Shown here: positions 34,367 to 50,006 of the stretch, in pieces
How the letters are laid out: every line of letters starts with the position of its first letter
Numbering within the stretch: position 1 is the stretch's first letter
Assembly (NCBI RefSeq): GCF_009914755.1
Contig: NC_060928.1
Length of the DNA stretch: 64,000 bases
Reading direction: 5' to 3' (one strand)
Source: the human T2T-CHM13v2.0 reference genome, Homo sapiens
Notes under the pieces: model-generated
What the model saw: the letters and a program-made list of their open reading frames with translations, nothing else
The model's database searches: none
What the model was told of the DNA's origin: nothing
Made by a program: the position numbers and the translations under genes

Positions 34367-35768
34367 TGTGAAAATAAGTAATTTGAACATCAAAACTGTT
34401 GGAACTTTAAAATATTTTGAGCCTTAAGGGAATGTGATTATGGGACCTGGGTCATGTAAACTGGCAGCTGTAACCGAGACAGTGACAGTCTTTATTTTTC
34501 TGATTACAGATTAGCCTTCTTCCTTACCTACATTATTGTGTAAATGTCATAAATGACTAAAGGGTACCAGGGAAGACCACTTCCCTCTTAAATGTCAATC
34601 TTTATTATAGATCAGCTACTCTTTCCTCTCTCACACAAAGACTTCATGACTATCACATTGTTTAGGATGGAATGTTAAATACACTCTTAAATTAGAAAGA
34701 AAAAGAAAACAAGCTGTAAAAAAAGGAGAGAAAATAAACTGGACAGAAAAGAAAACAAACTTTAATTATATTGTTGTTAGTCATCGACCAGCCTCGTATA
34801 AACTATGTTATATCCTTCTAAGTGTCTTTGTTTTCTGCCTACAGTAGTAAGAACTTAACTTTTTATTATTATTATTATTATTATACTTCAAGTTTTAGGG
34901 TACATGTGCACAACGTATAGGTTTGTTACATATGTATACATGTGCCATGTTGGTGTGCTGCACCCATTAACTTGTCATTTAGCATTAGATATATCTCCTA
35001 ATGCTATCCCTCCCCCCTCCCACCACCCCACAGCAGTCCCTGGTGTGTGATGTTCCCCTTCTTGTGTCCATGTGTTCTCATTGTTCAATTCCCACCTATG
35101 AGTGAGAACATGTGGTGTTTGGTTTTTTGTCCTTGCGATAGTTTGCTGAGGATGATAGTTTCCGGCTTCATCCATGTCCCCATAAAGGACATGAACTCAT
35201 CATTTTTTATGGCTGCATAGTATTCCATGGTGTATATGTGCCACATTTTCTTAATCCTGTCTATCATTGTTGGACATTTGGCTTGGTTCCAAGTCTTTGC
35301 TATTGTGAATAGTGCTGCAATAAACATATGTGTGCATGTGTCTTTATAGCAGCATGATTTATAATCCTTTGGGTATATACCCAGTAATGGGATGGATGGG
35401 TAAAATGGTATTTCTAGTTCTAGATCCCTGAGGAATTGTCACACTGACTTCCACAATGGTTGAACTAGTTTACAGTCCCACCAACAGTGTAAAAGTGTTC
35501 CTATTTCTCCACATCCTCTCCAGCACCTGTTGTTTCCTGACTTTTTAATGATCACCATTCTAACTGGTGTGAGATGGTATCTCATTGTGGTTTTGATTTG
35601 CATTTCTCTGATGGCCAGTGATGATGAGCAGAACTTAACTTTTTAACTTTGGAGCACTGACCCCATTTCTGTGGAGTCCATGCTTCCCAAATCGCTATTC
35701 CCAGCTTTTCGCTTGAATTAAATTCTTTAAAACTAGATTCCGATCCTTTCGATGATTTCAGGTTGACA
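34367..35768 (+). mobile_element. 3' LTR (contains an L1PA fragment), preceded by a degenerate PPT
   Basis: tgtgaaaataag...ggttgaca; gaatgggaaaaa lies just upstream. Confidence 0.9.
34865..35629 (-). mobile_element. 5'-truncated L1PA3-like (~0.77 kb) inserted in the 3' LTR
   Basis: ORF2 C-terminus (..FSLIGGN) and 3' UTR, (TTA)n tail; perfect 16-bp repeat agaacttaacttttta at 34850-34865 and 35630-35645. Confidence 0.96.
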
Positions 35769-35772
35769 AAGT

Positions 35773-35895
35773 ACAGAACATATTTTATTTAACAGTTTGT
35801 TAGTTTGATTGATAACTTTTAAGTATTTAGACATATGGTATGTGAGTTTCCATATGTATTCTTGCCTTGAGTCTAGAATATATTAGGGATAACCT
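35773..35895 (-). mobile_element. hAT-Tip100 (MER115/Zaphod-like), right part
   Basis: acatattttatttaacagtttgttag...tatttagacatatggtatgtg...ttcttgcc matches the recalled terminus. Confidence 0.65.
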
Positions 35896-38583
35896 GGAAG
35901 TGACCCAAGCTTTAGTTCTGGCCCTTCCACCAACCAGCCCATAAACTTGGAAAAATGACTTGAAATCCTCAGGTTCTAACTTTTTATGTTTGTAGAATAA
36001 AGTGGCTGATGTAGTTTCAATGCTATTTCTGTCACTTTGAGCACATTGCCTAAAATTCCCGGTCTTAGTCTTAAATCTATGAAATTTAAGGTTTAGATTA
36101 GGTGACTATTTGATAGGCTGTTTTAGTTCTATTCTATGAAGACTTATTTTTTTATTAGACTAGTCGCAGACACTTGGTGAGAAGAAGGAAACATATTATT
36201 AGAGTAATGGCTAAGGTTAATAAAAGTTAACCTGCTTTGAATTGAGTTCCTTCTTTCCTGCAGTACCCTCTTTGCGGGTTCATAGACATCTGATAGCTCA
36301 GTTTTGTTCTAACTTAAGTTAAAATTATGACTGAAAAATGTGGTTGAAGGTTAAAAATCAATTAAATGGTAATTACAGTTATTTGTTTTAAAAGTTCAGG
36401 TAATATTTTATACCATGAATCTGTTGGATGACAGTTGATATGGATTAATCAGCAACCTGCTTTCTCTTTGATCATGATTCACATCTGCTCTGGACAGGAG
36501 TGACAATAAGGAAATAATTATGAGCCATTCCCTTGGAGTGGTGCACTTGGAGCCGTTTGGATAAAATCCTCTCTCAGTGCATAGTGGAGCTCTTGTTGTT
36601 GTTATGCAGGAAAATCAGATTAATTGTCCCAGTTCATTTCCTAGAGCACAGAGGGCAGCTCCTAGTCAGTCACATCAATTCTTCTTTGCCCTTTGCTATA
36701 TGTCGATTGCCCATGAGGCAAAGGTTGATACGTTACCTTTTGTTTTACAAGGCATGGGGATAGCCAGTGATGTTTCTTGGTCTATGAGTTGCGCTGGAAA
36801 CTGTTCTTCTGAACACAGTAGATAGAGAGCCTAAAGAAAAACTCACTCACTGGGCAGTACTGTTTTCTGAAACTGCGTGTTTTTCAGCTATTGATAGCAA
36901 CTTCAAATTTTCTCTATACCATTTATTTCACCTTTAAAGCGAGGATTTACTTCTACTTCACGGAAAAATTGTGATGCATAAGCATGATTAACAGCAACAT
37001 TTTCCTTAGTATTACCACTTACATAAAAGCTATCAGATGAGACTGCTTGTCTCTAATGAAGAGGTTGCCCTCCCCCTCCCATTTTGGACCTCAAAACCAG
37101 ATAGAAAACATCATTCAAAAAATTAGACATTTGATTAATAAATATTGGTAACTAGAATGTCACAGTAAATAAATTCTATGTGACTTCTTTGTAACATCTA
37201 TAATTCTGATTTAAAAGAAGGGAAAACAATTACAATGATATATGTTACTCAAGGTCAATCCTTAAAATATTACTTTATCACAACGCCAGAAGCAAAGAAT
37301 TATAACTTTAATTGTACCAGTAGAGAAAATGCCCACACATCCATATTTAAAAACTAATGAGAACGTTGTTCACCTCATTGCTTGGCCAGAGCTTTAGTGG
37401 GGGATGGGAGTAGACTTGAATTAAATAGAGTGTTCATTTGAAGGTAAATTGAGAGATTTTTCAGCCTACTCAAGTTTAATTAAAAATAAATGTGGAAAAT
37501 TGTTTTAAAAGATTGTACACAGTGATTATCTCAAATTGCCATGGGAAATACAGAAATGCCTCATTAAAAAACACATTTAGACATTTTTTAAATATATAAA
37601 CTCCATCATTTATATTCTAGTTTAGAAAAACCTCCTCACTTCTAAAAAAAAATACAAGCCAAAATATGTCATCATCATTTTTATGTATCCCAGAATATTA
37701 TGTGTATGTGTTAAGATGATTTTGGTGCACAACATCACAAAAATCATTTTAAAGGGAAACTGCAGTGCTTTTGCAAAAATAAAACAAGATCACAGAACAA
37801 ATAAAGGATTACTGAATTATCTATAGAAGTGAAACCAGCAATAAAATGGAGTCAAACCTGGGAAACTTCCAAAAATTAGGCTGGGTAAGAGGCATGACGC
37901 TGCTCAACTCTGTAATTTCTTGGCATCAGGCAGAGGTTATATTCCATCTTAGAGTCCTAAACTGTGTTTATGTGATACTTAGGTAACTTGATTTTTTTTA
38001 ACTTCAGTGATATTTGATTGAAAAAGACAAATTTTGCTGATATTTCTGTCATTCAGTTGAATAATAGTTTTGTGTTGTACAACCATATCACAAAATGACA
38101 CAAATTCAGACTTTTCTTAAAAGTCATAAAGAAATGCCTAGTTACCTTCTGCTTTTTCCTTTCTGATCCTGAAGAGACATGAGCGCCTCCTGTTTGTTGC
38201 TGATGGTTAAAGATGTAAGCAAAGGGTTATGGAGTGAGCATCATGTGGAAAAGATAAAAAAATTCTATCAATATTTTAAGACCTGGAGTAATTTGGTCAA
38301 CATTTTCAAAAATGTAAACGTATTCTGTGGGTTTAGAAAGAAAAGATATCGATATTATTAATGTTGTTAATATCTTTAGAACCAAGCATGAATAATCATC
38401 AGTGCAGAGAAAATACAGGTACTATACAACCAAATTATTATTAATAATTATATTGCTTCTTTTTAGTTGTGTTTTTGGTGATGGTTACGTTTTATGAGCC
38501 AGACATTTTACCTATGACATATTTCCTTCTTGAAATTCTCAAAATTGTCACAGTATATGATGAATATAATATGCATACACATG

Positions 38584-39280
38584 TGCTATGATTTTAATGT
38601 TTGCCCTCTCCAAAACGCCCATTGAAATTAAGTGCCATTCTGATGGTATTAAAAGGTGGGAGCTTTAAGAGGTGATTAGACAAAGAGAGCTTTACTCTTA
38701 TGGGTGGTTTAATGCTTTTAAAAAGAGGCTTTCAGGGCACGATGGCTCACGCCTGTAATCCCAGCACTTTGGGAGGCTGAGGCAGGGAGAGCACCTGAGG
38801 TCGGGAGTTCAAGACCAATCTGACCAACATGGAGAAACCCCATCTCTACTAAAAATACAAAAAATTAGCTGGGTGTTGTGGCACATGTCTGTAATCCCAG
38901 CTACTCAGGAGGCTGAGGCAGGAGAATCGCTTGTACCCAGGAGGGGAAGGTTGCAGTGATCCGAGATCGCGCCACTGCACAACCTGGGCAACAAAAGTGA
39001 AACTCAGTCTCCAGAAAAAAAGGAGGCTTTCAGGAGTGGGCTCTCTCTTTTTGCCATTCCACTCTTGCCTTGTGAGGAGCAGTGTTTCTGTCCTCTGGAA
39101 GATGCAGCGTTCAAAGTGCCATCTTGGAAGTGGGCATTGGATCCTCACCAGACACCAAATCCGTCAGTGCCTTGATCTCGGACTTCCTAGCCTCCAGAAC
39201 AGTGAGAAATCAATTTCCATTCTTTATAAATTTCCTAGTCTCAAGTACTCTATTATAGCAGCACAAAACAGATTAAAGCA
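38584..39280 (+). mobile_element. MaLR solo LTR (MSTC/D-like) split by an Alu
   Basis: tgctatgattttaatgtttg...tcaccagacaccaaat...cctagcctccagaacagtgaga...gcagcacaaaacagattaaagca. Confidence 0.85.
38735..39021 (+). mobile_element. AluSp
   Basis: Sp diagnostics gtcgggagttc, ctgaccaacatggagaaacc; TSD core gaggctttcagg at 38725 and 39023. Confidence 0.92.
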
Positions 39281-40149
39281 TGAAACCGAGAAGTATTAAT
39301 CACTAAAAAGAGACTTTCTTCTTGGGTAGAACTATGTGTAGACAATTTGATCACTAGCATGGCATTTACAAGCAATTATTCTCTTCTGTATCATTATGTG
39401 TTAAGGTTTAGTGCAACTCCAAAGCAGTAGAAAATTTTGGAAACTAGCAAAATATATTATTTCATTTTTGATCCTGGGAATTCTATGGTAGGGGTTATAT
39501 TGGTCCTGGAGTATTATTTGTGTAGCCAACTTAGACTCCTCAGGCAAGTTGTCTGCTCCGTGAAGTTTACCTGAGGCAAATTTTGCTTTCAAGTATTTAT
39601 AGATAGTTAGCACCTGCCAGTCCTAGTTAACTACTTGGCTAACATCTTATAGTGCTTCAGTGAACTCAAGACTTTCTAAAGGCTAAAGCCTAAAAGGTAG
39701 AATTGAAATTGAAGTATCTCCTTATGTTATCTATGGTGGAGAATGTTTTAGCACAGTAAGATTTGCTGTGATTGGGGTGTTACTTTGAGCTAAAGTGACA
39801 ACTGCTGGGCCCAGTATATCATATTTGGAGGCAGAGCTGGAGGATGGACAAAAGAGAAGTGACTGTGAATCATCAGGAATGCATTCCCCTCTCCAAACAT
39901 GTGGCTTTCTCCTTCAACCAAATCATCTACAAAATATGCATTCACTAAAAAGAATAAAAGGAAAAGGAAATATTTTTTAAAATATTTAAAAGGCATAAGA
40001 AAACTAGCCAAAGAAGATCTGAATAAATACCCACTTATCAGGAGTTTTTAATTGGGGAATATCCAAACCATCAGACAGCAAGGGCCTCTTTGCACATCCC
40101 AGCTCTTCCTGAATCAATGATTCATGGTACACTATGGGCTGACTTTGGA

Positions 40150-40675
40150 AAACATTAAAAATAAAATCTGACAATACCAGGTGCTGATGAGGATGTGAAT
40201 CAACTGATTTCTCATACACTATTGGCAGGATTGCAAAGAGGTAGAACCACATTGGATAGTAGTATACAAAAGAAAATATAATGAAAGCATTTTACATGTC
40301 TTACTATGTATACGTTAATAATAAAGTGAACTTGAAGATGGATTTGAGCAAGAATTGTGAGATAATCATGTGTGTGGGAGATGAGCAGAAAGTCTTTAAG
40401 AGAGCGAAATCTTCATCTTTTATATGATGAAGAAAAGTTACAGACATTCTCGGAAAATTGAAAAATAAAAATAAGAGTATATAAGCATGTTATTCAGAAA
40501 TATGAAGGAAAATAGAAAAGCTGAATGTGGCTTTTTCCAGAAACTAGGGATGAAGCTTTGGAAGATTTGGGGGCAGGGAACTGATGTTTTTTAACTCGAA
40601 GACTTGCAGGATTGTTTGACTTTCGGAGTTATGTGCATGTGTAATTTTGATAATAGTAAAAATAATGATTTTAAG
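40150..40675 (+). mobile_element. Ancient L1ME fragments (ORF2 end / 3' UTR)
   Basis: ctgacaataccaggtgctgatgaggatgtg..caactg..ttctcatacact; tgtgcatgtgtaattttgataa. Confidence 0.55.
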
Positions 40676-41899
40676 GGAAGCAAAGTTGTGAATTAATATG
40701 ATTGAATTCTAAAGCCTTCCACTAGAATATTGGTTCTCCAGTAAAAAGGATCATGATGTTTTCTAAGTTTCAATTAGAAAGATTAAAGAAACATAAAAGT
40801 AAATAAGCAGCTAAAGAAATAATACGGAGTGAAACCAGGAGGCCAGTCTAGGAAATCTTCAGTAACAAAATGACTGCATCACTTAGCAGTTCATTTGGCT
40901 CAGGATTTGCTCTCAGGATCCTGGTGAAAGGGATCAGGGGCCTTTTCCCCTTCATCAGGAAGCAGAGAGAACTGTCACACTGTGTGACCTTCTCAGAGTT
41001 CAGAATAGTGAAGCAGACATTTGGGCACATTTTGTGGGTAGAAATACCCTTCTTCAGGGCATGTGTGATGGAACAAAATCCCAAGGAAAGCTCAAAGGTT
41101 CTTTTAACAGAATTGGCAGACATGAACAAACACAGCAAATATGGAGCACTTCATTTTATAAAGTAATGGTTAGTCACTTCTCAGAAGTCTCTAATGAAAC
41201 CTTGATGAGTGGCTATTGCGTTCTGTGGCTGACAAATATGGAGACAGAAAAAAGTACATGGGAAGAAGAACATTTTTTACCCATTGGATGCTGCATATAT
41301 CCATGCCTTAGGACTAAGCACAATCAAAGACTCCCAAAGGAATACAAAATGGAAAGCTGGAGAACCTCCAGAATCTGAGAAAAGGATAGAGGAGTCACAG
41401 GAGAGAAGAGAAGGGGAAGAGGAGAGCAGATGGAAGGAGATAATGATTTAGACCTGCAACAGGTCTCTTGAGGTCCTTGAGAAAGTTTTGGGAAGTATCT
41501 AAAAATAACGTGCAGTTCTTTTTGGATAATATCAGACAGTACCTGAGGGAGCTAGGAGGCAGCAGAAATGGGATTTGTGTGATGTTGCTTCCAGAGGCTG
41601 CTACCTTAGGAAGAATTGACTAATATCTATGAATGATTCTTTGTGAAACACACACATCACCTTGCGTTTGGAATGTTAGAGAAGACAACTCATTCTTCCA
41701 TGCCAGGCTTGGGCTTTAAATAAGACAATTCTGCTTTGTTCTGCAATAAAATAAGCCTCTAATGACTTTGAGATGACAAAATAATATATGACAATGCTTC
41801 GCTGAATGAATGGCAACATGGGAAAAAGAGAAAACAAATGACTCCTAACACTTCTGCCTCCCAGCAGGTCCTTATTTCTCCCACCTCTTTCCTCCTTCT

Positions 41900-42400
41900 A
41901 GCATTAGAGCTGTTTCTAAAAAAGGCAATATTAATCCCTGCTTTGAAACCCTTGATTTTACAACTAAATGGAAACTCCATAGCAATGCAGTACTGCCTCA
42001 TTCCCCCTTCCCAGCATTGTATCAATTTCCCCCACAGCTTGCATTCTAGATGTTCTTAACTTGGCATCATGGGACCAGCCCACTTTCCATGTAAGATATC
42101 ATTTGTACTTTTGTTTTAAAGCCAAGTTCAATACCACCTCTTTTCTGGTGCTTTTCTTTACTTCCTCAGGCAGAGTTCATTACTTTTGGTGCAATGTCCC
42201 TGTAGATGACTTAATACCATTACATGTATATAATTGCATTGTGATTATCTATTTATGCATATATTTCTCCCACTAATTTGAGTTCCTCAAAGATAGAAAA
42301 CATATTTGATTTATTAATTTTTTGGTCCCCAGTATATTCCACAGTCCCTGACGGCAGCAAGATGGCTCATATAAGTTTGCTGAAGTTATTAATGAATGCA
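41900..42400 (+). mobile_element. L2 3' fragment
   Basis: tctcccactaatttgagttcctcaaagatag...gtccccagt...gctcatataagtttgctgaa..aatgaatg. Confidence 0.65.
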
Positions 42401-44694
42401 TGAGAAATGGAGATTTTTCACATCAAAGGATAAGAAGGATGCTACAAGGTATTCTAAGTGCTTGACTGTAAATCATAGTCAATCTGGAAAAAGTTCTCAT
42501 TTTGTTCTGCTGCTTTTAGTCCCAATTCATTAGATATTTGTCTTTGTGTCTGTCCCAGTCATTCTTGTGGCTGAATGTCCTTTGTTTCTACTACAACCAT
42601 ATTGTGTTTGATGGGTAACAGGCAAACATTTCCAACTGTGCTTTTCAGAGAGGGATAAGGAAGCCCAGTCCTGAAGAACAGAACAAAATAAGGGAGAGTG
42701 GGAGAAGATAGAATTAAACCAAATACAAAGAAAATTGCCATTGTGAGCATTTTATATTAACCTTTTAAAATGATGGATTATCCATTCTGAGCACAAATAT
42801 ATCAATCAGGGGAAATTATAGAGGCAAGGGATATGACAGCAGCTGTGTGGTTTGCGTAATGATTCTGGACTCCCAACATTTCTCAGCTTGGTAGTACAGA
42901 GGATGAGGACTAGGAATTATGTGTGGTTGTGAGAAGCATACAAATGTCTCACATACCAAGGAAAAAGAAAGAACCTAAAGATGAAGTCTTCAAAAAGTTG
43001 CTGGTAAAATGGCTTCTTCCGGATTACTGAAAGAGTTATTTACACTACATCATGACATTTCAATATCTGAGGCATTCCAAATTTGGGACTTTATTATCCC
43101 ATTATTCAAAAAATACACAAATTAGCTATTCTTTGTTCTTAGACAAAGAATATATACATATATGTTATATATGTACGTATGTATATATGTATACATTTAT
43201 TGAATACACATGCTAATATTTAAGGTGTGACAAAGCACTGCAATTGAACACCAAAGAGAACTGAGAACTGACTATTGTTAAATGCTTAGAAAACCTTCTG
43301 TCTACAATTACATACCCTCATTTCCATCTAGCACAATGCTTGGTGTGTATCTGGTTTTCCACAAATGTTGAAATTAATCTGTGGTATTTAGACAGAGGAG
43401 TAAGCATAAAAAATAAGCTCCTAAATTCATATCTGCTGTTTTGAGACCTCCAAATTTGTTTTTCCACCTTTTTAAAAAACAAACTTGGAATATGTTTGGT
43501 AAGAAAATCTGCAATTAAAAAGTAATGCAGAACTTGCAGTTAAGTCCCAGGCTGATGACAAGGGCGGGCCGCAGGTGAGACCATCAAAGGAGCTGGAAGG
43601 CAGTGTGATCACACCCATGAGGCAGTACTTTATATTTTGGTTAATCTTCAAGTGTAATAGCAGGAAAATCTCAAAGAACAGAGAGATAAATAAAGCAAGA
43701 ATTGTTTTTCTCCCTTAGTAGTTAACTATTGGTAATATGCACACAATATATAGTTGCATTCTGATCTAAGTGATTATTAGTCATTCATTCCATGGGCAAT
43801 TTCTGAGCATCTTTTAGCCAGGACTTGCTGCTCTAGATGCATGGAATACATCAGCAAATAAAACAAATATCTATGCCTTCAAAGAACTTACAATGTCATG
43901 GAAAATATAATTTCTAGAGAGTTAGATCTTTGCAATACCCAGAATATTAAAAAATGCTCTTTTAAAAAAATTACATTGTATTCCCCCCTTCTCAATTACC
44001 AGTCCACCTATTTTTTTGAAGTTAAAAGCTCAAAAATGCCAGAGACCACATGAAATGTACATTTATCGTTAAGTTAAAATATGTATTTTTTAATTTTAAA
44101 CATGACAGTAACCTCTCCCATCAAAGGGTGCAATCTTCTGCTAAACCTGTATTTCTGTCAGATCCCAATCACTCTTTAAGGTGGGAGAACAACTGTAATA
44201 ATTTACTTATATTTTTGTATTGAGAAAATTGCCTGTTCAGGAAGAATTTTCTTTACTCTTATTGGTCACAGAGCATAGGACCATTACAAGCTTACTCCTC
44301 TTCTAGAGAGACAAAAATTCGATGAACTATTATTTGTGGTTAATACTGTATTAACTTGTTCAAGGACGAAAAAATGAAAACATCACAGCATAGAAAAATA
44401 AACGACTGTCCATTGTAATGTCACTACGCAAAGGCTAGATATTTGGCTGAGACATGTGGCTTGTCATACAAAAGCTTTGCATTGATTAATTAGTGGAGAT
44501 AATATAGAACAAACAGCCTTTAAATATTTGACTTTTTTTAAACACTCATCACTGAAAACCTTTTAAGGTCAGGAAGTCTAGGATTATTTTCATGGGTCTT
44601 TCTCCATAAAATTTTAGCACTCAAGAGTTTGTGCAGGCAGAGTATATATAGGTTTCAGAATAGATCCTTATTGTAGAGTTTTGAAAATATTAGC

Positions 44695-45200
<506 letters not shown>

Positions 45201-45285
45201 AAGCTGATTGTCAAGCCAAGAGCGTACATAAATTTTTAAGGGACTGGAAGACTTACTAGGGTTTCAAGTATTTTCAATATATTTT

Positions 45286-45432
45286 ATATGTGTGTGTATG
45301 TATGTATGTGTGTGAATGTATATATATATATCTCCTGTGTTAACATATATATTTGTGTAAACAAATATGTGTATGTATATCCTGTGTTAACAAATACATA
45401 TATATGTATATATATCCTGTGTTAACACAGGA
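45286..45432. repeat. TA/TG-rich low-complexity array with three tcctgtgttaaca copies
   Basis: Copies at 45333, 45380 and 45415. Confidence 0.85.
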
Positions 45433-45605
45433 AAGCAAATATAACATACATTCAGTATATTCTGTGTAAAAGACTATATTGTGGCCAGCAGATCATAAAT
45501 AAGAGTACAAAAATATAAATTCATATGAACGCTTAATAAAGTATTTTGTGAAATAAATTCATTTCAGAGCAAAGAAAGCTAAACTGCTCTAAAGTTGAAC
45601 CCATT

Positions 45606-45939
<334 letters not shown>

Positions 45940-47859
45940 TTATACCTTTAAAACTAATATTGTTTGGCTTTATAGTGTGCATACAATAAATGGAAGGTAG
46001 AGGGTTTGGCAAAAAAGATATGAACAGGCATGCATTTCTGGGCTACATGATTTTGTGCTTGATGGTTTAGGTTTCTACTGTATATTTCCTTTAAAGAAAA
46101 TCTTATTTTCTAACATAAAACCTCAGCAGGCCTGCACTTAGCTAACAAGGGGAAAACTCTGTCCCAGTTTTCCATAATACATTCACGAAGGGATTTGAAA
46201 CAACCAACAGTTATTGCAGAGAAAAATGAAAGAATGTTGTTTGCTGGCATTTTTTAAAATAAACACAAAAGTTCAAGCACTATAGCTATTAAGCTCTTTG
46301 TAGGCAACATAAACACTGGCTTATTTCTGACCCCCTATAATCCTAAAATCAAGCCCAGCCTTCATTTTCTGTTGTAATTTTTCCTGCAGTACCCCAGACA
46401 CCAGGAGCTCATGAGTCAGGATCACCAGCCTTGAGTCTCAGCTAGATTCCTGCAGTAGCAATATTGGGGCTAAGGCTTCATTTTATCTCTCTTGGTTGAG
46501 AAATATTATATAATATCTACCTTCTTTTCTACTCTGCTTAGTCTAAAGAGAGGTCCTTTTCTTTGGGGGAAAAAGTGTCATTTCTTCTTAGGTTCTTTTT
46601 TTCTCAGAAAAGGAAAGAGCATATCAGGGGAGGATGTGGTTGACATATTTGTCTTCCATGTGAACAAGGGGAAGGAAATACTTTTCAAGTCATAGTTTTA
46701 TTTATCCAAGGTCTCCTGGGATATTATAACAGAGCATGTGATCATTGTGCTCAAAGGAACCTCAAGGGAGCCATCTACTCCCTGCCTCTCAACAGGCTAC
46801 TTATAAACCACCGCACAGAAAGGTGCAAATGGAGCTGTATAATGGTTCTGGGGATGAAGTTTTCACTTCTCTTGGTCCTCCTCGGTCAAGATATTTGCCT
46901 TGTTTTGCCTGAAATCCTTCCTGCCATCATCAAATAACTTAAAATAAAAATCTGCTCTCAATAGAGAGACGAAAACAACCAACCTCTATCATCTGAGTAA
47001 TATCCTCTCTGGTTATTTTTAAATACTATAATAGCACAATGAACCTGAGGCACCAGGAAGAGGCAATTTCCTAAATGGATATGGAAGCCTTGAAGAGGAT
47101 GATGTATTGGCGAATGTTACTCTACTAGGTCCATTTACGCAGTTACAACAGGCCCCATAATCACGAGTGACCAGTGCAAACTCACAGCTGAACACAAGGC
47201 CAGAGAGGCTTTACTCCCACCTAAGGTCTTGAGCCAACAATGAAGGCGCACAACAGATGCTCAGTACTAACAAAGGCTATCAACCCCAGTGATACTGAGG
47301 CTCATTTATAGAGAGATAGATATTGGTAGGGCGGGTGGGAAGGAAGGCAAAGCTAACCTGAAACATCTATGAGCAAACATCATGAGGCAAGGGTTATTTT
47401 TTATGTTTTGAGTTTTACTTGTGGGTGCTTAATACCTATTAAATAAGTAATGATAATTAATACTTACCTACACCACAGTGGTGATTTGCACCTTAATTGA
47501 GTGATTTGCACCTTTGTAGAGCTCTATAGATGAAAGCTGAAGTGCATAGGACATGCAAAGCACTTTTTTTGAAATATAATTTTAATTAGTTAAAATTTAA
47601 GATTTAGTTTCTCTTGATAAGAATAATTTTAGGAGTGTGGCTAAAGCACTTAATCTTTAATCTGGACCTTAGTTTTTCCATATGTAATGCAAGAAGGTTG
47701 AAATAGATGATCTCTAAGGTCCCTTTTAGCTCTAACATTCTGTGATTCTAATTAACTGTACAGATGGAGACTGATAGAATTTTGGATCTGGAAGAGATTC
47801 TAGAGTGGATTATATAAAATTGTTCTTCTGACAATCACGGAGGCATTTAAAAAATGATT

Positions 47860-48070
47860 TCATTTATTGAATGTTTATTATGTGCCAGGCATGATAAAAA
47901 CCACCTTCAAATATTCTCTCATATGCATCTCTGTAAAGTTCTGTGAGGTAGGCACAGGAAACTGAGGCTCAGGAAAACTAAGTAAGTTGCATAAGAACAG
48001 ACAGAAAATGACAGAACAGAAGCTCAAACCCAGTTCTCTCTGACTCCAAAATCTATGCTCTGTACCATGA
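47860..48070 (-). mobile_element. MIR
   Basis: catttattgaatgtttattatgtgccaggca...ggaaactgaggctcag...tctgactccaaa. Confidence 0.8.
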
Positions 48071-49395
48071 TTAAGCTGTCTTTGGCATGGCTTCTCCATA
48101 ATCTCTGTGCCTGGGGAAACTCTAAACTTGCCCTAACACACCACCTAGTCACCTCAGGCCTTTCCTGCTTTCCCTCAGCTCAGAGCCAGGATTCTTTTCT
48201 TTTCAGAGAACCTACGCTCTTATAAGTGAGAAAGGAGAGCCTTATTTTTTCTTAGTGTTTATGCACCAATATCTGTGCAGGCAGAATAAGACAAGTGACT
48301 AGTTGTAACACGATAGATTTTTCTTTGGAGCTTTAGCTGGGTTAACATGGTATTCTAAATTCCTGCTTCCTTGCAGGAGCCCAGTAGCTTTACATAAGCC
48401 ACTGAGGTGTAGGGCATTCTCCTTCACTGTGGACTGACTAGCAAGGATCTCTCCAACAGGCACTTGCCTCTCTTTCTCTCCTCCTCCCTTTGTTCCTTTG
48501 CCCACTATGTAAGCAATTAGTACAATTGAATCCTTAATAAGCCAATTTAGTCCAGCCCACGTAGCTATTTTGCTCCTAATAAATCAATTAATTCAGCTCA
48601 CATTGAGGGGACTGTCATGTTTACAATATCACAGTCAGCGTCTATATATTTGTGCAAGAAATAAGATGGTAAGGAGTATTTTTAGAATAAAATTTCATTT
48701 TTCTCTTTGTGGTGGAGGGGCTGTGTGTTGTGCTGTTGATGCTTCTGCTGCTAGGACTTCTTTGTCTTAACCAAAGGCTTGAGAAAATGACATAGCAGAC
48801 ATTTATGAGACGTGTTTCATGGAGTTGGAGTGAACATGCAAAAAAGTCCATAGAGCTTTGTTTATATTGGGTGCCAGAGATTTGAACAAGGATGGAACAA
48901 CCCTTTTGTGGTAGCAGCTCTCAGTGCTTTCTCCACAATCCTATAGGGCTAGGTGGATCCCATTAAAGGTCCTAATAGCTAAAACTTATCTTCAAATTAC
49001 CTTTAGTTGGTAGGAATTATGACTACATACTCAGTCTTTTGATTTCTCCAACCATGTTAGCAAGGTGAAGTTTCATCTTACTAAGTTAAGATTTGAAAGC
49101 TTTGGTGTCAAATATTCCCTTGGCACTACCCTATAATGAAGAAGGTTTAGGAGTCACACATACAAAGTGGACTTAAAGAGTTTCCTTGATAAGTAGCACT
49201 AATGGATCAATAGTGGGGTGTGGTTGCTGACACAGCCCATTGGTCAAATACCTAGAGTGAAAGGCTTAAGGCATACATTTCTCTGCATTTTCTAGATAAT
49301 TAGGCTCAGTACAGGGAGCCCAGAGACTCCTATTTTAAGGAAAATAATGTTAAACCTTAGTGTATTCTGGGGAGAGTATCAAAATGGTGGATGAA

Positions 49396-50006
<611 letters not shown>

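Noticed and set aside
35270-35290. ggcttgg (NQAK) variant shared by the L1 fragment and the full-length L1 (~14890)
   Set aside because: A single site that may be an L1PA3/4 sub-lineage allele; neighbouring sites differ, so it is insufficient evidence for conversion.
47481-47514. Short tandem duplications (gtgatttgcacctt x2; also gaaatacacttaa x2 at 27179-27204)
   Set aside because: Ordinary slippage duplications with no evidence of function.
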